Source of the DNA: an uncultured Actinomycetes bacterium
Lineage (GTDB): Bacteria; Actinomycetota; Thermoleophilia; UBA2241
Assembly: GCA_963767005.1 (NCBI GenBank)
Contig: CAVYCN010000003.1
Location: 393,576 to 457,575 of the forward strand
Direction: 5' to 3'
Length of the DNA: 64,000 nt
Made by a program: the position numbers and the translations under genes. Below the pieces are notes generated by a model. It had not been told where the DNA came from. It saw only the letters and a list, made by a program, of their open reading frames with translations, and searched no databases. Of this stretch, positions 40,931-50,833 are shown piece after piece. Numbering within the stretch: position 1 is the first letter of the stretch; every line of letters begins with the position of its first letter.

Positions 40931-41173
40931 ATGAACACCAAGCTGACCCTGCGTCTCGACGACGAGCTCATTCACGGGGCCAAGCGCTACGCGCATGAGT
41001 CCGGCAAGTCGCTATCACAACTCGTCGCCGACTACTTCGCCGTCATCGCCGCCGGCAAGCCAGGAACGACATCCGAGATGGGCCCTCGCGTCCGTTCGCT
41101 CGCGGGAGCGCTCAAGGGGGCGACGCTGAGCGAAGACGACTACCGTCGCCACCTCGAAGAGAAGTACCGGTGA
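40931..41173 (+). CDS. Antitoxin (DUF6364-like ribbon-helix-helix)
   Basis: MNTKLTLRLDDELIHGAKRYA...SLSQLVADYF...HLEEKY. Confidence 0.85.
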   Translation: MNTKLTLRLDDELIHGAKRYAHESGKSLSQLVADYFAVIAAGKPGTTSEMGPRVRSLAGALKGATLSEDDYRRHLEEKYR

Positions 41174-41592
41174 ACGTGCTCTTCGATACCAACGTGGTGC
41201 TCGACGTGCTCATCGGTCGCGAGCCCCACTTCGAGACCGGCGTCCGCCTGTTCGCCGCCGTCGACCAGGGCCGGCTCAACGGAACGATCTGCGCGACCAC
41301 CGCCACGACTGTCCACTACATCGCCGCCAAGACGCTTGGTGCCAAGCAAGCGAAGACGCTGGTACGCGAACTGCTCGCGCTGTTCGGCGTCGCGCCCGTC
41401 GACGCCGAGGTGCTCCGGCGCGCGCTCGGCTTCGCCTTCGCCGAGTTCGAAGACGCCGTCGTCCACGAAGCGGCGCGGGCGGGCGGCATGAGCGCCATCG
41501 TCACCCGCGATACCAAGGGCTTCGCTCGGGCCAGCCTTCCGGTCTACGAGCCCGGCGAGCTGCTCGCCGCGCTCGAGGCCACAGGCGCATAG
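41170..41592 (+). CDS. PIN-domain (VapC-like) toxin
   Basis: FDTNVVLD, FEDA and IVTRD; GTGA overlap with the antitoxin. Confidence 0.9.
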   Translation: MNVLFDTNVVLDVLIGREPHFETGVRLFAAVDQGRLNGTICATTATTVHYIAAKTLGAKQAKTLVRELLALFGVAPVDAEVLRRALGFAFAEFEDAVVHEAARAGGMSAIVTRDTKGFARASLPVYEPGELLAALEATGA

Positions 41593-41713
41593 AGCCACTC
41601 GTCCGCGCGCCCCCGCTTCAATCCCGATCACGACCACCCGCCCAGAGCGATCGGAGGGCTCGTCGAGCCAAAATCCGTTGGACTCCCCGACGCGGTTCAG
41701 GTAGCGTTATCAC

Positions 41714-41980
41714 GTGAGCAGGTCCATGGACGTCCGTGTCTACATCACCCCCAAGCAGGGCATCCTCGACCCCCAGGGCGTGGCCATCGAGCGGTCGCTG
41801 CCGGCCCTCGGGTTCGATGGCGTGAGCGGCGTCCGCGTGGGCAAGTTCATCGAGCTGCAGGTGGTGTTGCCCGACGCTACCTCGGTCGACGCGGGGCGCG
41901 CCGAGGTCGACGAGATGTGCCGCAAGCTGCTCGCCAACCCGATCATCGAGGATTACACCTTCACCGTCGACGAAGCGTGA
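41714..41980 (+). CDS. purS: FGAM synthase PurS subunit
   Basis: ILDPQG, VRVGK and LLANPIIEDY. Confidence 0.96.
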   Translation: MSRSMDVRVYITPKQGILDPQGVAIERSLPALGFDGVSGVRVGKFIELQVVLPDATSVDAGRAEVDEMCRKLLANPIIEDYTFTVDEA

Positions 41981-42029
41981 ACCCCGCCGCCTCGTCCCCC
42001 GTCCCCGGCCCTCGCGCCAGAGCCCTATC

Positions 42030-42782
42030 GTGAGCGCCGCTCGTCCCGTGCGCGTCGGGGTCATCGTCTTTCCCGGTATCAACACCGACCACGACACCTG
42101 GCACGCCGTCACCACCTTCGCCGGGGCCGAGCCGGTCTGGCTGTGGCACAAGGATACCGACCTGCACGACGTCGACGCCGTCATCATCCCGGGCGGCTTC
42201 TCCTACGGCGACTACCTGCGCTGCGGGGCGATCGCGCGCTTCAGCCCGATCATGGCCGCGATCGCCGACTTCGCCGCCGCCGGCGGCTACGTCATGGGCA
42301 TCTGCAACGGCTTCCAGATCCTGACCGAGGCCCATCTGTTGCCCGGCGCGCTCATCCGCAACATCGGCCTCAAGTTCGTCTGCCGCTACGTCGACCTGCG
42401 CGTCGAGAACGCCGGCACGCCCTTCACCCAGGCGGCCGACCCCGGCGACGTTCTGCGCGTCGTCGTCAAGCACAACGAGGGCAACTACCGGGTCGACCCC
42501 GCCACGCTCGCGCGCATGCGCGACAACGGTCAGGTCGTGCTGCGCTACTGCCGGCCCGACGGCACCGAGGCCGGTGCGGCGGCGGCCGGCACGATCGGCG
42601 GCTCGAGCCCCAACGGCGCGCTCGACGACATCGCCGGCGTCTGCAACGAGGACTTCAACGTGTTCGGTCTCATGCCCCATCCCGAGAACTCGGTCGAGGC
42701 CGGCCTCGCCGGCGGCACCGACGGCCGCGTGTTCTTCCGCTCGATCGTCGACAGCGTGCGCGACCGGCTGGTGCTCCGATGA
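42030..42782 (+). CDS. purQ: FGAM synthase glutaminase subunit
   Basis: FPG, PGGFSYGDYLR, GICNGFQIL and GLMPHPE. Confidence 0.97.
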   Translation: MSAARPVRVGVIVFPGINTDHDTWHAVTTFAGAEPVWLWHKDTDLHDVDAVIIPGGFSYGDYLRCGAIARFSPIMAAIADFAAAGGYVMGICNGFQILTEAHLLPGALIRNIGLKFVCRYVDLRVENAGTPFTQAADPGDVLRVVVKHNEGNYRVDPATLARMRDNGQVVLRYCRPDGTEAGAAAAGTIGGSSPNGALDDIAGVCNEDFNVFGLMPHPENSVEAGLAGGTDGRVFFRSIVDSVRDRLVLR

Positions 42783-45055
42783 CCGCGGTCGAGCAGCGCC
42801 GGGCAAGCGTCGAGGCGGCCGTCAAGCTCGGCCTCACGCCCGACGAGTTCGACCATATCTGTCGCATCCAGGAGCGCGAGCCGACCTACGTCGAGCTCGC
42901 CATCTACTCGCTCATGTGGAGCGAGCACTGCAGCTACAAGCACTCGCGGCCGATCCTCGGCCGTTTCCCCACGAGCAGTCCCCGCATCCTGCAGGGGCCC
43001 GGCGAGAACGCCGGCATCATCGACGTCGGCGACGGCTGGGCCGTGGCCATGAAGGTCGAGAGCCACAACCACCCGAGCGCGGTCGAACCGTTCCAGGGCG
43101 CGGCCACCGGCGTCGGCGGCATCGTGCGCGACATCTTCACCATGGGCGCCCGGCCCTGCGTGTCGCTCGACTCGCTGCGCTTCGGCGAGATCGACGGCGC
43201 CGAGAACGCCCGGCAGCGCTTCCTGTTCGACGGCGTCGTCGGCGGCATCGGCTTCTACGGCAACTGCCTCGGCATCCCCACGGTGGGCGGCGAGGTCTAC
43301 TTCGAGGACACCTACGCCGGCAACTGCCTGGTCAACGCCATGTCGGCCGGCCTGCTGCGCACCGACCAGATCGTGCGCGCCATCGCGAGCGGTCCCGGCA
43401 ACCACGTCGTGCTGATCGGCTCCAGGACCGGCCGCGACGGCATCGGCGGCGCCTCGGTGCTCGCTAGCCAGGAGTTCGACGAGACCCTCGAAGAGAAGCG
43501 CCCGAGCGTCCAGGTCGGCGACCCGTTCACCGAGAAGAAGCTGATCGAGGCCTGCCTCGAGCTGCTCCACCGCGGTCTCGTCGTGAGCATGCAGGACCTC
43601 GGCGCCGCCGGTCTCACCTCGTCGTCGTCCGAGATGGCCAGCAAGGGCCACGTGGGGCTCGACATCCATGCCGACCGCGTGCCGCTGCGCGAGGCCGACA
43701 TGGAGCCCTGGGAGATCATGATCTCCGAGAGCCAGGAGCGCATGCTGTCGATCGTCGACCCCGTCCGCCTGCCCGACGTGCGCGAGGTCTGCGAGCGCTG
43801 GGACCTCGACTGCACGGTGATCGGCGAGGTCACCGACTCGAAGATGCTGCGCATCTACTGGCACGGCAAGCGCGTCGCCGACATCCCGGCGCGCCGCCTG
43901 GCCGACGAGTCGCCCGTCATCCGCACGCCCTCGTTCAAGCCGGCCTACCTCGCCTCCGAGCCGCTCGCCGTCACCGACGCCGCCTACCCGGCGCCGGCCG
44001 ACCTCGGCGCCGCGCTGCTCGAGCTGCTGGCCGCGCCCAACATCGCCAGCAAGCGCTGCGCCTACGAGCAGTACGACTACATCGTGCAGGCCAACACCGT
44101 GCAGATCCCGGGCTCCGACGCGGCGGTGCTGCGCATCAAGGGCACCTCCCGCGGCATCGCCTTCGTCAACGACTGCAACGGGCGTCACTGCTACCTCGAC
44201 CCGTACCGCGGCGCCAAGGCCGCCGTGGCCGAAGCCGCGCGCAACCTGAGCTGCGTGGGCGCCCTGCCGGTGGCCGTCACCGACTGCCTCAACTTCGGCA
44301 ACCCCGAAAAGGGCGACATCTACTGGACCTTCGAGCAGGCGGTCGAGGGCATGGCCGAAGCCTGCGAGGCGCTCGACACGCCGGTCGTGTCGGGCAACGT
44401 GAGCTTCTACAACGAGAGCTTCGGCAACGCCATCTACCCCACGCCCATGGTCGGCATGCTCGGCCTGTTCGACGACGTCACGCGCCACTGCGACGGCCGC
44501 TTCAAAGCGGCCGGGGACCTCGTCTATCTGCTCGGCCCGACCGCCGGCGGCTGGCTCGACGGTTCCGAATTCCAGAAGGTCCACTACGGCCGCGTCGAAG
44601 GCCGCGTGCCCGACGTCGATCTCGAGCTCGAAAAGGAGCTCCAGCACGTGCTGCGCGAGGGCATCGCCCAGGGCCTCATTCACAGCGCCCACGACTGCGC
44701 CGAGGGCGGCCTGGCCGTCGCCCTGGCCGAGTGCTGCATCGCCAGCGGCGTCGAGGGCGGCGCGCTGACGGCGGCTCCGCCGCCGGCGCTCGGCGCCGCC
44801 CTCGCCCTGCCGGCCGGCGCGCCGCGTCCCGACCTCGCCCTGTTCGGCGAGGGGCCGTCGCGGGTCGTGGTCACCTGCGCCGCGGCCGACGCCGCCGCGC
44901 TCGCCGGCCTCGCCGGCGGGCTGCCGCTCACGGCGCTCGGCACGGTCGGCGGCGACCGCCTGCGCATCGACTCAGACGGCGGCGACGCGGCCATCGACCT
45001 GCCGGTCGCCGACCTGCACAAGGCCTACGAGTCGCTCCCCGAGCGACTCGCCTGA
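42779..45055 (+). CDS. purL: FGAM synthase PurL subunit (small type)
   Basis: MWSEHCSYK, ESHNHPS, GRDGIGGA, DLGAAG, SESQERM and VSGNVSFYN. Confidence 0.98.
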   Translation: MTAVEQRRASVEAAVKLGLTPDEFDHICRIQEREPTYVELAIYSLMWSEHCSYKHSRPILGRFPTSSPRILQGPGENAGIIDVGDGWAVAMKVESHNHPSAVEPFQGAATGVGGIVRDIFTMGARPCVSLDSLRFGEIDGAENARQRFLFDGVVGGIGFYGNCLGIPTVGGEVYFEDTYAGNCLVNAMSAGLLRTDQIVRAIASGPGNHVVLIGSRTGRDGIGGASVLASQEFDETLEEKRPSVQVGDPFTEKKLIEACLELLHRGLVVSMQDLGAAGLTSSSSEMASKGHVGLDIHADRVPLREADMEPWEIMISESQERMLSIVDPVRLPDVREVCERWDLDCTVIGEVTDSKMLRIYWHGKRVADIPARRLADESPVIRTPSFKPAYLASEPLAVTDAAYPAPADLGAALLELLAAPNIASKRCAYEQYDYIVQANTVQIPGSDAAVLRIKGTSRGIAFVNDCNGRHCYLDPYRGAKAAVAEAARNLSCVGALPVAVTDCLNFGNPEKGDIYWTFEQAVEGMAEACEALDTPVVSGNVSFYNESFGNAIYPTPMVGMLGLFDDVTRHCDGRFKAAGDLVYLLGPTAGGWLDGSEFQKVHYGRVEGRVPDVDLELEKELQHVLREGIAQGLIHSAHDCAEGGLAVALAECCIASGVEGGALTAAPPPALGAALALPAGAPRPDLALFGEGPSRVVVTCAAADAAALAGLAGGLPLTALGTVGGDRLRIDSDGGDAAIDLPVADLHKAYESLPERLA

Positions 45056-45062
45056 GCCCCCC

Positions 45063-46511
45063 GTGCGCGCCGATCGACCGCGCGATTGCTGTGGTGTCTT
45101 CGGCATCTTCGCGCCCGGCCGCGACGTCGCCCGTCTCACCTTCTTCGGCCTGTACGCCCTGCAGCACCGCGGCCAGGAGAGCGCCGGCATCGCCGTCGCC
45201 GACGAAGGCCAGATCACGGTCGTCAAGGACATGGGCCTCGTCTCGCAGGTCTTCGACGAGAAGGTCCTGGCCGGCCTGACCGGCTCGCACGCGATCGGCC
45301 ACGTGCGCTACTCCACGACCGGCGCCACCGCCTGGCAGAACTCGCAACCGCTCACCCGCTCGCGTGGCGAGCACACGATCGCGCTGGCCCACAACGGCAA
45401 CCTCGTGAACACGACCGAGCTCCGCGACGAGCTCCACGGCCAGGGCATCGACTTTCGCTCCGGCACCGACACCGAGGTGATCACGGCACTCATCGCCCAG
45501 CACGCCTCGAACGACCTGCTGGGCTCCGTCCGCGAGGCGGTGAGCCGCATCCGCGGGGCCTTCTCCGCGGCCGTGCTCACCGGCAAGAAGGTCGTCGGCT
45601 TTCGCGATCCTTACGGCGTAAGGCCGCTCTGCCTGGGCGACTTCGAGGGCAACCCCGTGATCTCGAGCGAGTCCTGCGCCCTCGACATCATCGGCGCCGA
45701 GTTCGTGCGCGAGATCGAGCCCGGCGAGATCGTCTGGACCCAGGGCGACGGCCAGGTGCGCAGCACCCGCGTCGAGCTGCCCGGCGCCCGGCCGGCCATG
45801 TGCATCTTCGAGTTCATCTACTTCGCGCGGCCCGACTCGCGCCTCTACGGCCGCACGCTGGCCGACTGCCGCTTCGAGATGGGGCGCCACCTCGCCATGG
45901 AGGCGCCGGTCGAAGCCGACTACGTCATCCCCGTGCCCGACACCGGCATCTCGGCGGCCATCGGCTACGCACGCGAGAGCGGCATCCCCTACTCCGAGGG
46001 GCTCATGAAGAACCGCTACGTGCACCGCACGTTCATCCAGCCCGACGACCACCTGCGCCAGCTCGGCATCCGCATGAAGCTCAACCCGATCCGCGCCGTC
46101 ATCGAGGGCAAGCGCCTCGTCGTGGTCGACGACTCGATCGTGCGCGGCAACACCACCCGCAAGCTCGTCGAGATGCTCTACCACGCCGGCGCCCGCGAGG
46201 TGCACCTGCGCATCAGCTCGCCGCCCATCCGGTTCCCCTGCTTCTACGGCATCGACATGGCGACGCGCGACGAGCTGATCGCCGCTCGCCAGAGCGTCGA
46301 CGGCGTGCGCGACCACGTCCGCGCGACCTCATTGCACTACCTCACCCTCGAGGGCCTGCAGGAGTCGACCGGCCTGCCGCGCGAGCGCTTCTGCCGGGCC
46401 TGCTTCGACGGCGACTACCCGATCGCGGTGCCCGAGGAGCTCGCCATGTGCAAGATGCGCTTCGAGGGCGGCGGCAACTGTCACCCCTCGGCGCCCGGCC
46501 CCGAAGGCTGA
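45063..46511 (+). CDS. purF: Amidophosphoribosyltransferase
   Basis: CGVFG, LQHRGQE, HNGNLVN, VDDSIVRG and PCFYGID; Fe-S cysteines present. Confidence 0.98.
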   Translation: MRADRPRDCCGVFGIFAPGRDVARLTFFGLYALQHRGQESAGIAVADEGQITVVKDMGLVSQVFDEKVLAGLTGSHAIGHVRYSTTGATAWQNSQPLTRSRGEHTIALAHNGNLVNTTELRDELHGQGIDFRSGTDTEVITALIAQHASNDLLGSVREAVSRIRGAFSAAVLTGKKVVGFRDPYGVRPLCLGDFEGNPVISSESCALDIIGAEFVREIEPGEIVWTQGDGQVRSTRVELPGARPAMCIFEFIYFARPDSRLYGRTLADCRFEMGRHLAMEAPVEADYVIPVPDTGISAAIGYARESGIPYSEGLMKNRYVHRTFIQPDDHLRQLGIRMKLNPIRAVIEGKRLVVVDDSIVRGNTTRKLVEMLYHAGAREVHLRISSPPIRFPCFYGIDMATRDELIAARQSVDGVRDHVRATSLHYLTLEGLQESTGLPRERFCRACFDGDYPIAVPEELAMCKMRFEGGGNCHPSAPGPEG

Positions 46512-46545
46512 CGGGTCGGCGTAGCGGACAACCAGGGACGCGATC

Positions 46546-46905
46546 GTGCAACCCCCGCCCCCAGACACCGACCGGGGCGGCAAGGCTGCGTACTGGCTCA
46601 CCGCTCAGCGATCGCCCATCCGCACGGAGTTCGGACCCATCGTCGCGACAGGAGTCGTGACGCTCGCGGCCGGCGCCGTCGCGTTTCTCGCCCTCGCCAC
46701 CCGCCACGGCTCGGGCGCCCTGCTGATCATCGAGTTCGTCGCCGCCTTCGTCTGCCTCGGCGCCGCCATCGGTCTGTTCGGTTTCGGTATCGCCGCGACG
46801 CTCCGCCGCGGCGCCTGGCTCATCCTCGCTCTCGGCGTCGTCTTCACGCCGCTCGTCTACTTCGTGTGGGCGCTCTACCGCCTGCGCACCGACGCACGGG
46901 AGTGA
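46546..46905 (+). CDS. Hypothetical membrane protein
   Basis: Three hydrophobic segments. Confidence 0.55.
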   Translation: MQPPPPDTDRGGKAAYWLTAQRSPIRTEFGPIVATGVVTLAAGAVAFLALATRHGSGALLIIEFVAAFVCLGAAIGLFGFGIAATLRRGAWLILALGVVFTPLVYFVWALYRLRTDARE

Positions 46906-46912
46906 GGAGAGA

Positions 46913-47773
46913 CTAGACGACGGCGCGGTGGCCCTCGACGCGCAGCCGCTTGCGACGCTCGCGCCAGTCGGGCAGCACCGCTTCGACGCGGCGCCAGAAG
47001 GCCGGTCGGTGATTGAGCTCGCGCAGATGGCAGAGCTCGTGGACGACGACGTAGTCGAGCAGCGCCGGGTCGAGCAGCACGAGGCCCCAGTGGAGGCTCA
47101 CCCGGCCCTTCGCCGAGCAACTCCCCCAGCGGCTGCGCATGTCCTTGACGGTGAACGGCGGCGGCGCGACACCGACGACCGCCGCGAAGTGCGCGACGCG
47201 CGCTCCCAGTACGGCCCCGGCGCGCCGCCGATACCAGACGCGGAAGTGCTCGGCGGCGTCGGCGCGCGCGCCCTCGAGCAACTCGAAGCGACCATCCCGC
47301 AGACGGAGCGGCTCGTCCGTGCCCCCGTCGCCGTGGTCGACGGCCGTACCGTCCCGCTCGACGGCCGTACCGTCCCGCTCGACGGCCGCCACGTCGAACG
47401 CAAGCTGGCCGTCGTCGCGCGCGCCCACGGAGGCCGAGCCCGGGACGCCCGTCGGCACGAGATGCGCCTCCCCGACGACGACGAGCTCGTGCTCGACCCC
47501 CAGGTAGGGGAACCGCTCGCCGGCCTCGTAGCGGTGCGGCGGAAGCTGGGCGAGCGCGCTGCGCTCGCCCAGCTTCCGCCGCACCCAGGCGAGCTTGCCG
47601 CGCACGGCGGCCTCGGCCGCGCGCCGCGAGCAGCGGGCCGGCAGGGCCACGACCGGCGGTCCCTCGCGCGGGATCGTGATGCCGATCGTGCGGCGCCGGG
47701 CGCTGCGGCGCAGAGCGAACGTCACCTCGGCGACTGTCAGGGTGTCGCGGGTCTCACGGGGGGCGGGCATCAT
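46913..47773 (-). CDS. YgjP/DUF45 (M48-like) zinc metallohydrolase
   Basis: RRSARRRTIGI, SRWGSCS and YVVVHELCHLRELNH...FW. Confidence 0.9.
   Translation of the reverse strand: MMPAPRETRDTLTVAEVTFALRRSARRRTIGITIPREGPPVVALPARCSRRAAEAAVRGKLAWVRRKLGERSALAQLPPHRYEAGERFPYLGVEHELVVVGEAHLVPTGVPGSASVGARDDGQLAFDVAAVERDGTAVERDGTAVDHGDGGTDEPLRLRDGRFELLEGARADAAEHFRVWYRRRAGAVLGARVAHFAAVVGVAPPPFTVKDMRSRWGSCSAKGRVSLHWGLVLLDPALLDYVVVHELCHLRELNHRPAFWRRVEAVLPDWRERRKRLRVEGHRAVV
47337..47388. repeat. 21-bp in-frame tandem repeat (about 2.5 copies) inside the YgjP-like gene
   Basis: TCGACGGCCGTACCGTCCCGC twice plus a partial copy; encodes VERDGTA repeats. Confidence 0.85.
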
Positions 47774-47854
47774 CACTGTGCCGTAGAATAGCGGGCACGA
47801 GCGGCGCGGCACCATCCGCGACCTGCTCGTTCGGGGTCGACCAGGCGGAGGGTC

Positions 47855-48910
47855 ATGACAGAGGGCAGCGGTTTCACCTACCGGGAATCCGGCGTCGACG
47901 TGCAGGCCGGCAACGAGGCCGTCCGCCTGCTGCGCGAGCGCATCCGCACGGTCAAGCACCCTCTGGTCCTCGACGGCATCGGCGGCTTCGGCGGCATGAT
48001 CCGCATGCCGCCGCTCAAGGACGCCGTGCTCGTGGCCGGCGCCGACGGCGCCGGCACCAAATCGATGATCGCCCGCGAGATGGGCGTGTTCGACACCGTC
48101 GGCATCGACGCCGTCGCGATGAACGTCAACGACGTGTCGGCCTGTGGCGCCGTGCCGTTCTTCGTGCTCGACTACCTCGTAGTGAGCAAGCTCGTCCCCG
48201 CGCGTGTGGCCGACATCGTGGCCGGCGTCGACGAAGGCTGCCGGCAGGCCGAGTGCGTGCTGCTCGGCGGCGAGACCGGCGAGCACCCCGGACACTTCCG
48301 CCACGACGACGACTTCGACATCGCCGCCTTTGCGGTCGGCATCGCCGCGCGCGACGAGCTCTGGACCGCGGCCGCCGTGGCGGCCGGCGACGCCATCGTG
48401 GGCCTGTCGTCGACCGGCGTGCACTCCAACGGCTTCAGCCTGGTGCGTCACGTGCTGGCGCGGCGTCACGTCGACCTACACGAGCCCTTCCCCGGCGCCG
48501 GCCGCTCGATCGGCGACGTCCTGCTCACGCCGACCGCCATCTACAGCCCGGTGCTGCACGACCTGGGCCACGCCTGCCGCGTGCACGCCGCGGCCCACAT
48601 CACGGGCGGCGGCTTTCCCGACAACGTCGGCCGGGCGCTACCCGGCGGCCTCACCGCCGTCCTCGACCTCGAGAGCTGGCGCCTGCCGGCCGTGTTCGCC
48701 TGGCTGCGCGAGGCCGGCGTCGACGACGACGGCCTGCTCGCCACCTTCAACTGCGGCATCGGCATGGTCGTGGTGCTGCCCGCCGACGAGGTCGCGCGCG
48801 CGTTCGACGTCTGCGCCAAACGCGGCGTCGAGGCCCGCGTCGTCGGCGAGGTCGTGGCCCGCGCCGCGGGCGAGCCGGCGGTCGGCTACCGGGGGAAGCT
48901 GACGACGTGA
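47855..48910 (+). CDS. purM: AIR synthase
   Basis: YRESGVD, GGFGG, DGAGTK, GGETGEHP, GVHSNGFSL, HITGGG and FNCGIG. Confidence 0.97.
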   Translation: MTEGSGFTYRESGVDVQAGNEAVRLLRERIRTVKHPLVLDGIGGFGGMIRMPPLKDAVLVAGADGAGTKSMIAREMGVFDTVGIDAVAMNVNDVSACGAVPFFVLDYLVVSKLVPARVADIVAGVDEGCRQAECVLLGGETGEHPGHFRHDDDFDIAAFAVGIAARDELWTAAAVAAGDAIVGLSSTGVHSNGFSLVRHVLARRHVDLHEPFPGAGRSIGDVLLTPTAIYSPVLHDLGHACRVHAAAHITGGGFPDNVGRALPGGLTAVLDLESWRLPAVFAWLREAGVDDDGLLATFNCGIGMVVVLPADEVARAFDVCAKRGVEARVVGEVVARAAGEPAVGYRGKLTT

Positions 48911-49905
48911 GGACGTACGACCTGATCGGCTGCGGGGCGCTCAACCTCGACCTCATCTACCGCCCGCCGGCCGACTCGCCGCTCTGGGGCGAGCTGCCGG
49001 CGCCCGGCGCCGAGCAGGCGGTCACGCCCGACGTCCGCGACCGCCTGCTGCCTGCCCTGGCCGGCCTCGAGCCGGCGCGCAGCGGCGGCGGTCAGGCGGC
49101 CAACACGTCGTACGCCCTGGCGCGCATGGGCTTCGCTGCGGCCATGCTCGGACGCGTCGGCGCCGACGACGCCGGGCGCTTCCTGGCCGACCAGCTCGCC
49201 CCGTGCGACGCGCGCTACCTCGCCCGGCAGGGCGAGTCGGGCTGCGTCTACGTGCTGCTCAACGACTCGGGCGAGCGCCGCAACCTGGTGTGGCCGGCGG
49301 CCAACGACGACTTCGCGCCGGCCGACCTGCCGCGACGCCTGCCGCCGACCCGCTTCGCCTACTTCTCGTCGTTCGTCGGCGAGCGCGCCCTGCAGACGCA
49401 GCTCGCCCTGCTCGAACGGCTGCCCGGCGACGTCGAGATCGCCTTCGACCCGGGCGAGATCTACGCGCGCCTGGGCGTGAAGCGCTTCATGCCGTTCCTG
49501 CGGCGCGCCTCGTATGTCTTTGCCACCGAGAGCGAGCTCGAGACGCTCTGCGGCCTGCCGGCCGACAAGGCGCTCGGCTTTCTGCTCGACGTCGGCGTCG
49601 GCCTCGTCGTGTGCAAGATGGGCGACCGCGGCGCGCAGATCACCGGGCGCCGCCTCGACCTGTACGTGCCGCCGCACCCCGCCGAAGTGGTCGACGTCAC
49701 CGGCGCCGGCGACCTGTTCGCGGCCGGCTTCTTCGGCGGCCTGCTCGAGGGCCTCGGCCTCGAGGCCGCCGGTCGCCTGGCCGCCTGGGCGGCCTCGCAG
49801 GGCATCGGCGGGCTCGGCCGCAGCACGTACCCCAATGCCGCCGCCTTCCGCGAGCGCGTCGCCGAGGAACGCGAGCGCGCCGACCGCGTGACGCGCCTGC
49901 CATGA
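48907..49905 (+). CDS. PfkB family carbohydrate/nucleoside kinase
   Basis: GALNLD, GGGQAANT, GRVGADDAG, FDPG and VVDVTGAGDLFAAGF; GTGA coupling to purM. Confidence 0.92.
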   Translation: MRTYDLIGCGALNLDLIYRPPADSPLWGELPAPGAEQAVTPDVRDRLLPALAGLEPARSGGGQAANTSYALARMGFAAAMLGRVGADDAGRFLADQLAPCDARYLARQGESGCVYVLLNDSGERRNLVWPAANDDFAPADLPRRLPPTRFAYFSSFVGERALQTQLALLERLPGDVEIAFDPGEIYARLGVKRFMPFLRRASYVFATESELETLCGLPADKALGFLLDVGVGLVVCKMGDRGAQITGRRLDLYVPPHPAEVVDVTGAGDLFAAGFFGGLLEGLGLEAAGRLAAWAASQGIGGLGRSTYPNAAAFRERVAEERERADRVTRLP

Positions 49906-49930
49906 CCCGCCCCACGGCGGCGCTTCCGTC

Positions 49931-50833
49931 ATGAGGATCGGCTGGCTGGCGACCGGCCGCGACCCGGCGGCCCGCACGCTGCTCTCCGAAGTTGTGCGCC
50001 GCGCCGGGCGCGACGGCGTCGACCTCGACATCGCCGTCGTGTTCTGCGATCGCGAGCGCGGCGAGCACGCCGAGAGCGACGCCTTTCTCGACCTCGCGGC
50101 CGCGCTCGGCCTCACCACCGTCACCAGGTCGAGCGCCGCGAGCTGGCGCGACTGGCTCCAGCATCGCGACGAGATGGAGCGCGTCGCGAGCAAGGCCGCC
50201 CTGCGCGAGGCCTGGCGCACTGCGTTCCACCGCGACGTGATCGAGATCCTCGCCGGCCACGGCGTCGATCTGCTCGTGCTGGCCGGCTACATGCTGATCA
50301 CGAGCCCCGAGCTCTGCGCCCACTTTGCCATGCTCAACCTGCACCCGGCCCTGCCGGGCGGGCCTCAAGGCACCTGGCAGCAGGTCATCTGGAGCCTGCT
50401 GGCCGACGAGGCCCGTGAGACGGGCGCCATGATCCACCTGGCCACCGCCGACCTCGACCGGGGGCCGGTCGTGGCCTATTGCTCGTTCCCTATCGCCGGC
50501 CTGCGCTACGACCGGCTGTGGCATGCCTTTCGCCGCGGCCGCGAACGCCTCGGCCTCGAGGCCCTGGCGGCCGCCGAAGGCGAGGCGCAGCCGCTGTTCG
50601 CCGAGATCCGCCGCCAGGGTGAGCGCCGCGAGATCCCGCTGCTCTACCAGGCGGTGCGCGCCTTCGCCCAGGGGCAGCTTCTGGTGCGCGACGGCGCCGT
50701 GGTCGGCGTCGGCCTGCAGCCGCCCCTCGACCTCACCGAGGCCGTCGAAGCCGAGCTCGCCGCCGACGCCGCGGCAAGCGCCGGCGACCAGGCCGCCGCC
50801 GCCGAGAGCGACGACACCGGGGGGCGGCCATGA
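49931..50833 (+). CDS. Divergent PurN-like 10-formyl-THF-dependent formyltransferase
   Basis: LAGYMLI, NLHPALP and ETGAMIHLATADLDRGP. The N-terminus (GWLATGRD) and length (300 aa) differ from canonical PurN. Confidence 0.8.
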   Translation: MRIGWLATGRDPAARTLLSEVVRRAGRDGVDLDIAVVFCDRERGEHAESDAFLDLAAALGLTTVTRSSAASWRDWLQHRDEMERVASKAALREAWRTAFHRDVIEILAGHGVDLLVLAGYMLITSPELCAHFAMLNLHPALPGGPQGTWQQVIWSLLADEARETGAMIHLATADLDRGPVVAYCSFPIAGLRYDRLWHAFRRGRERLGLEALAAAEGEAQPLFAEIRRQGERREIPLLYQAVRAFAQGQLLVRDGAVVGVGLQPPLDLTEAVEAELAADAAASAGDQAAAAESDDTGGRP

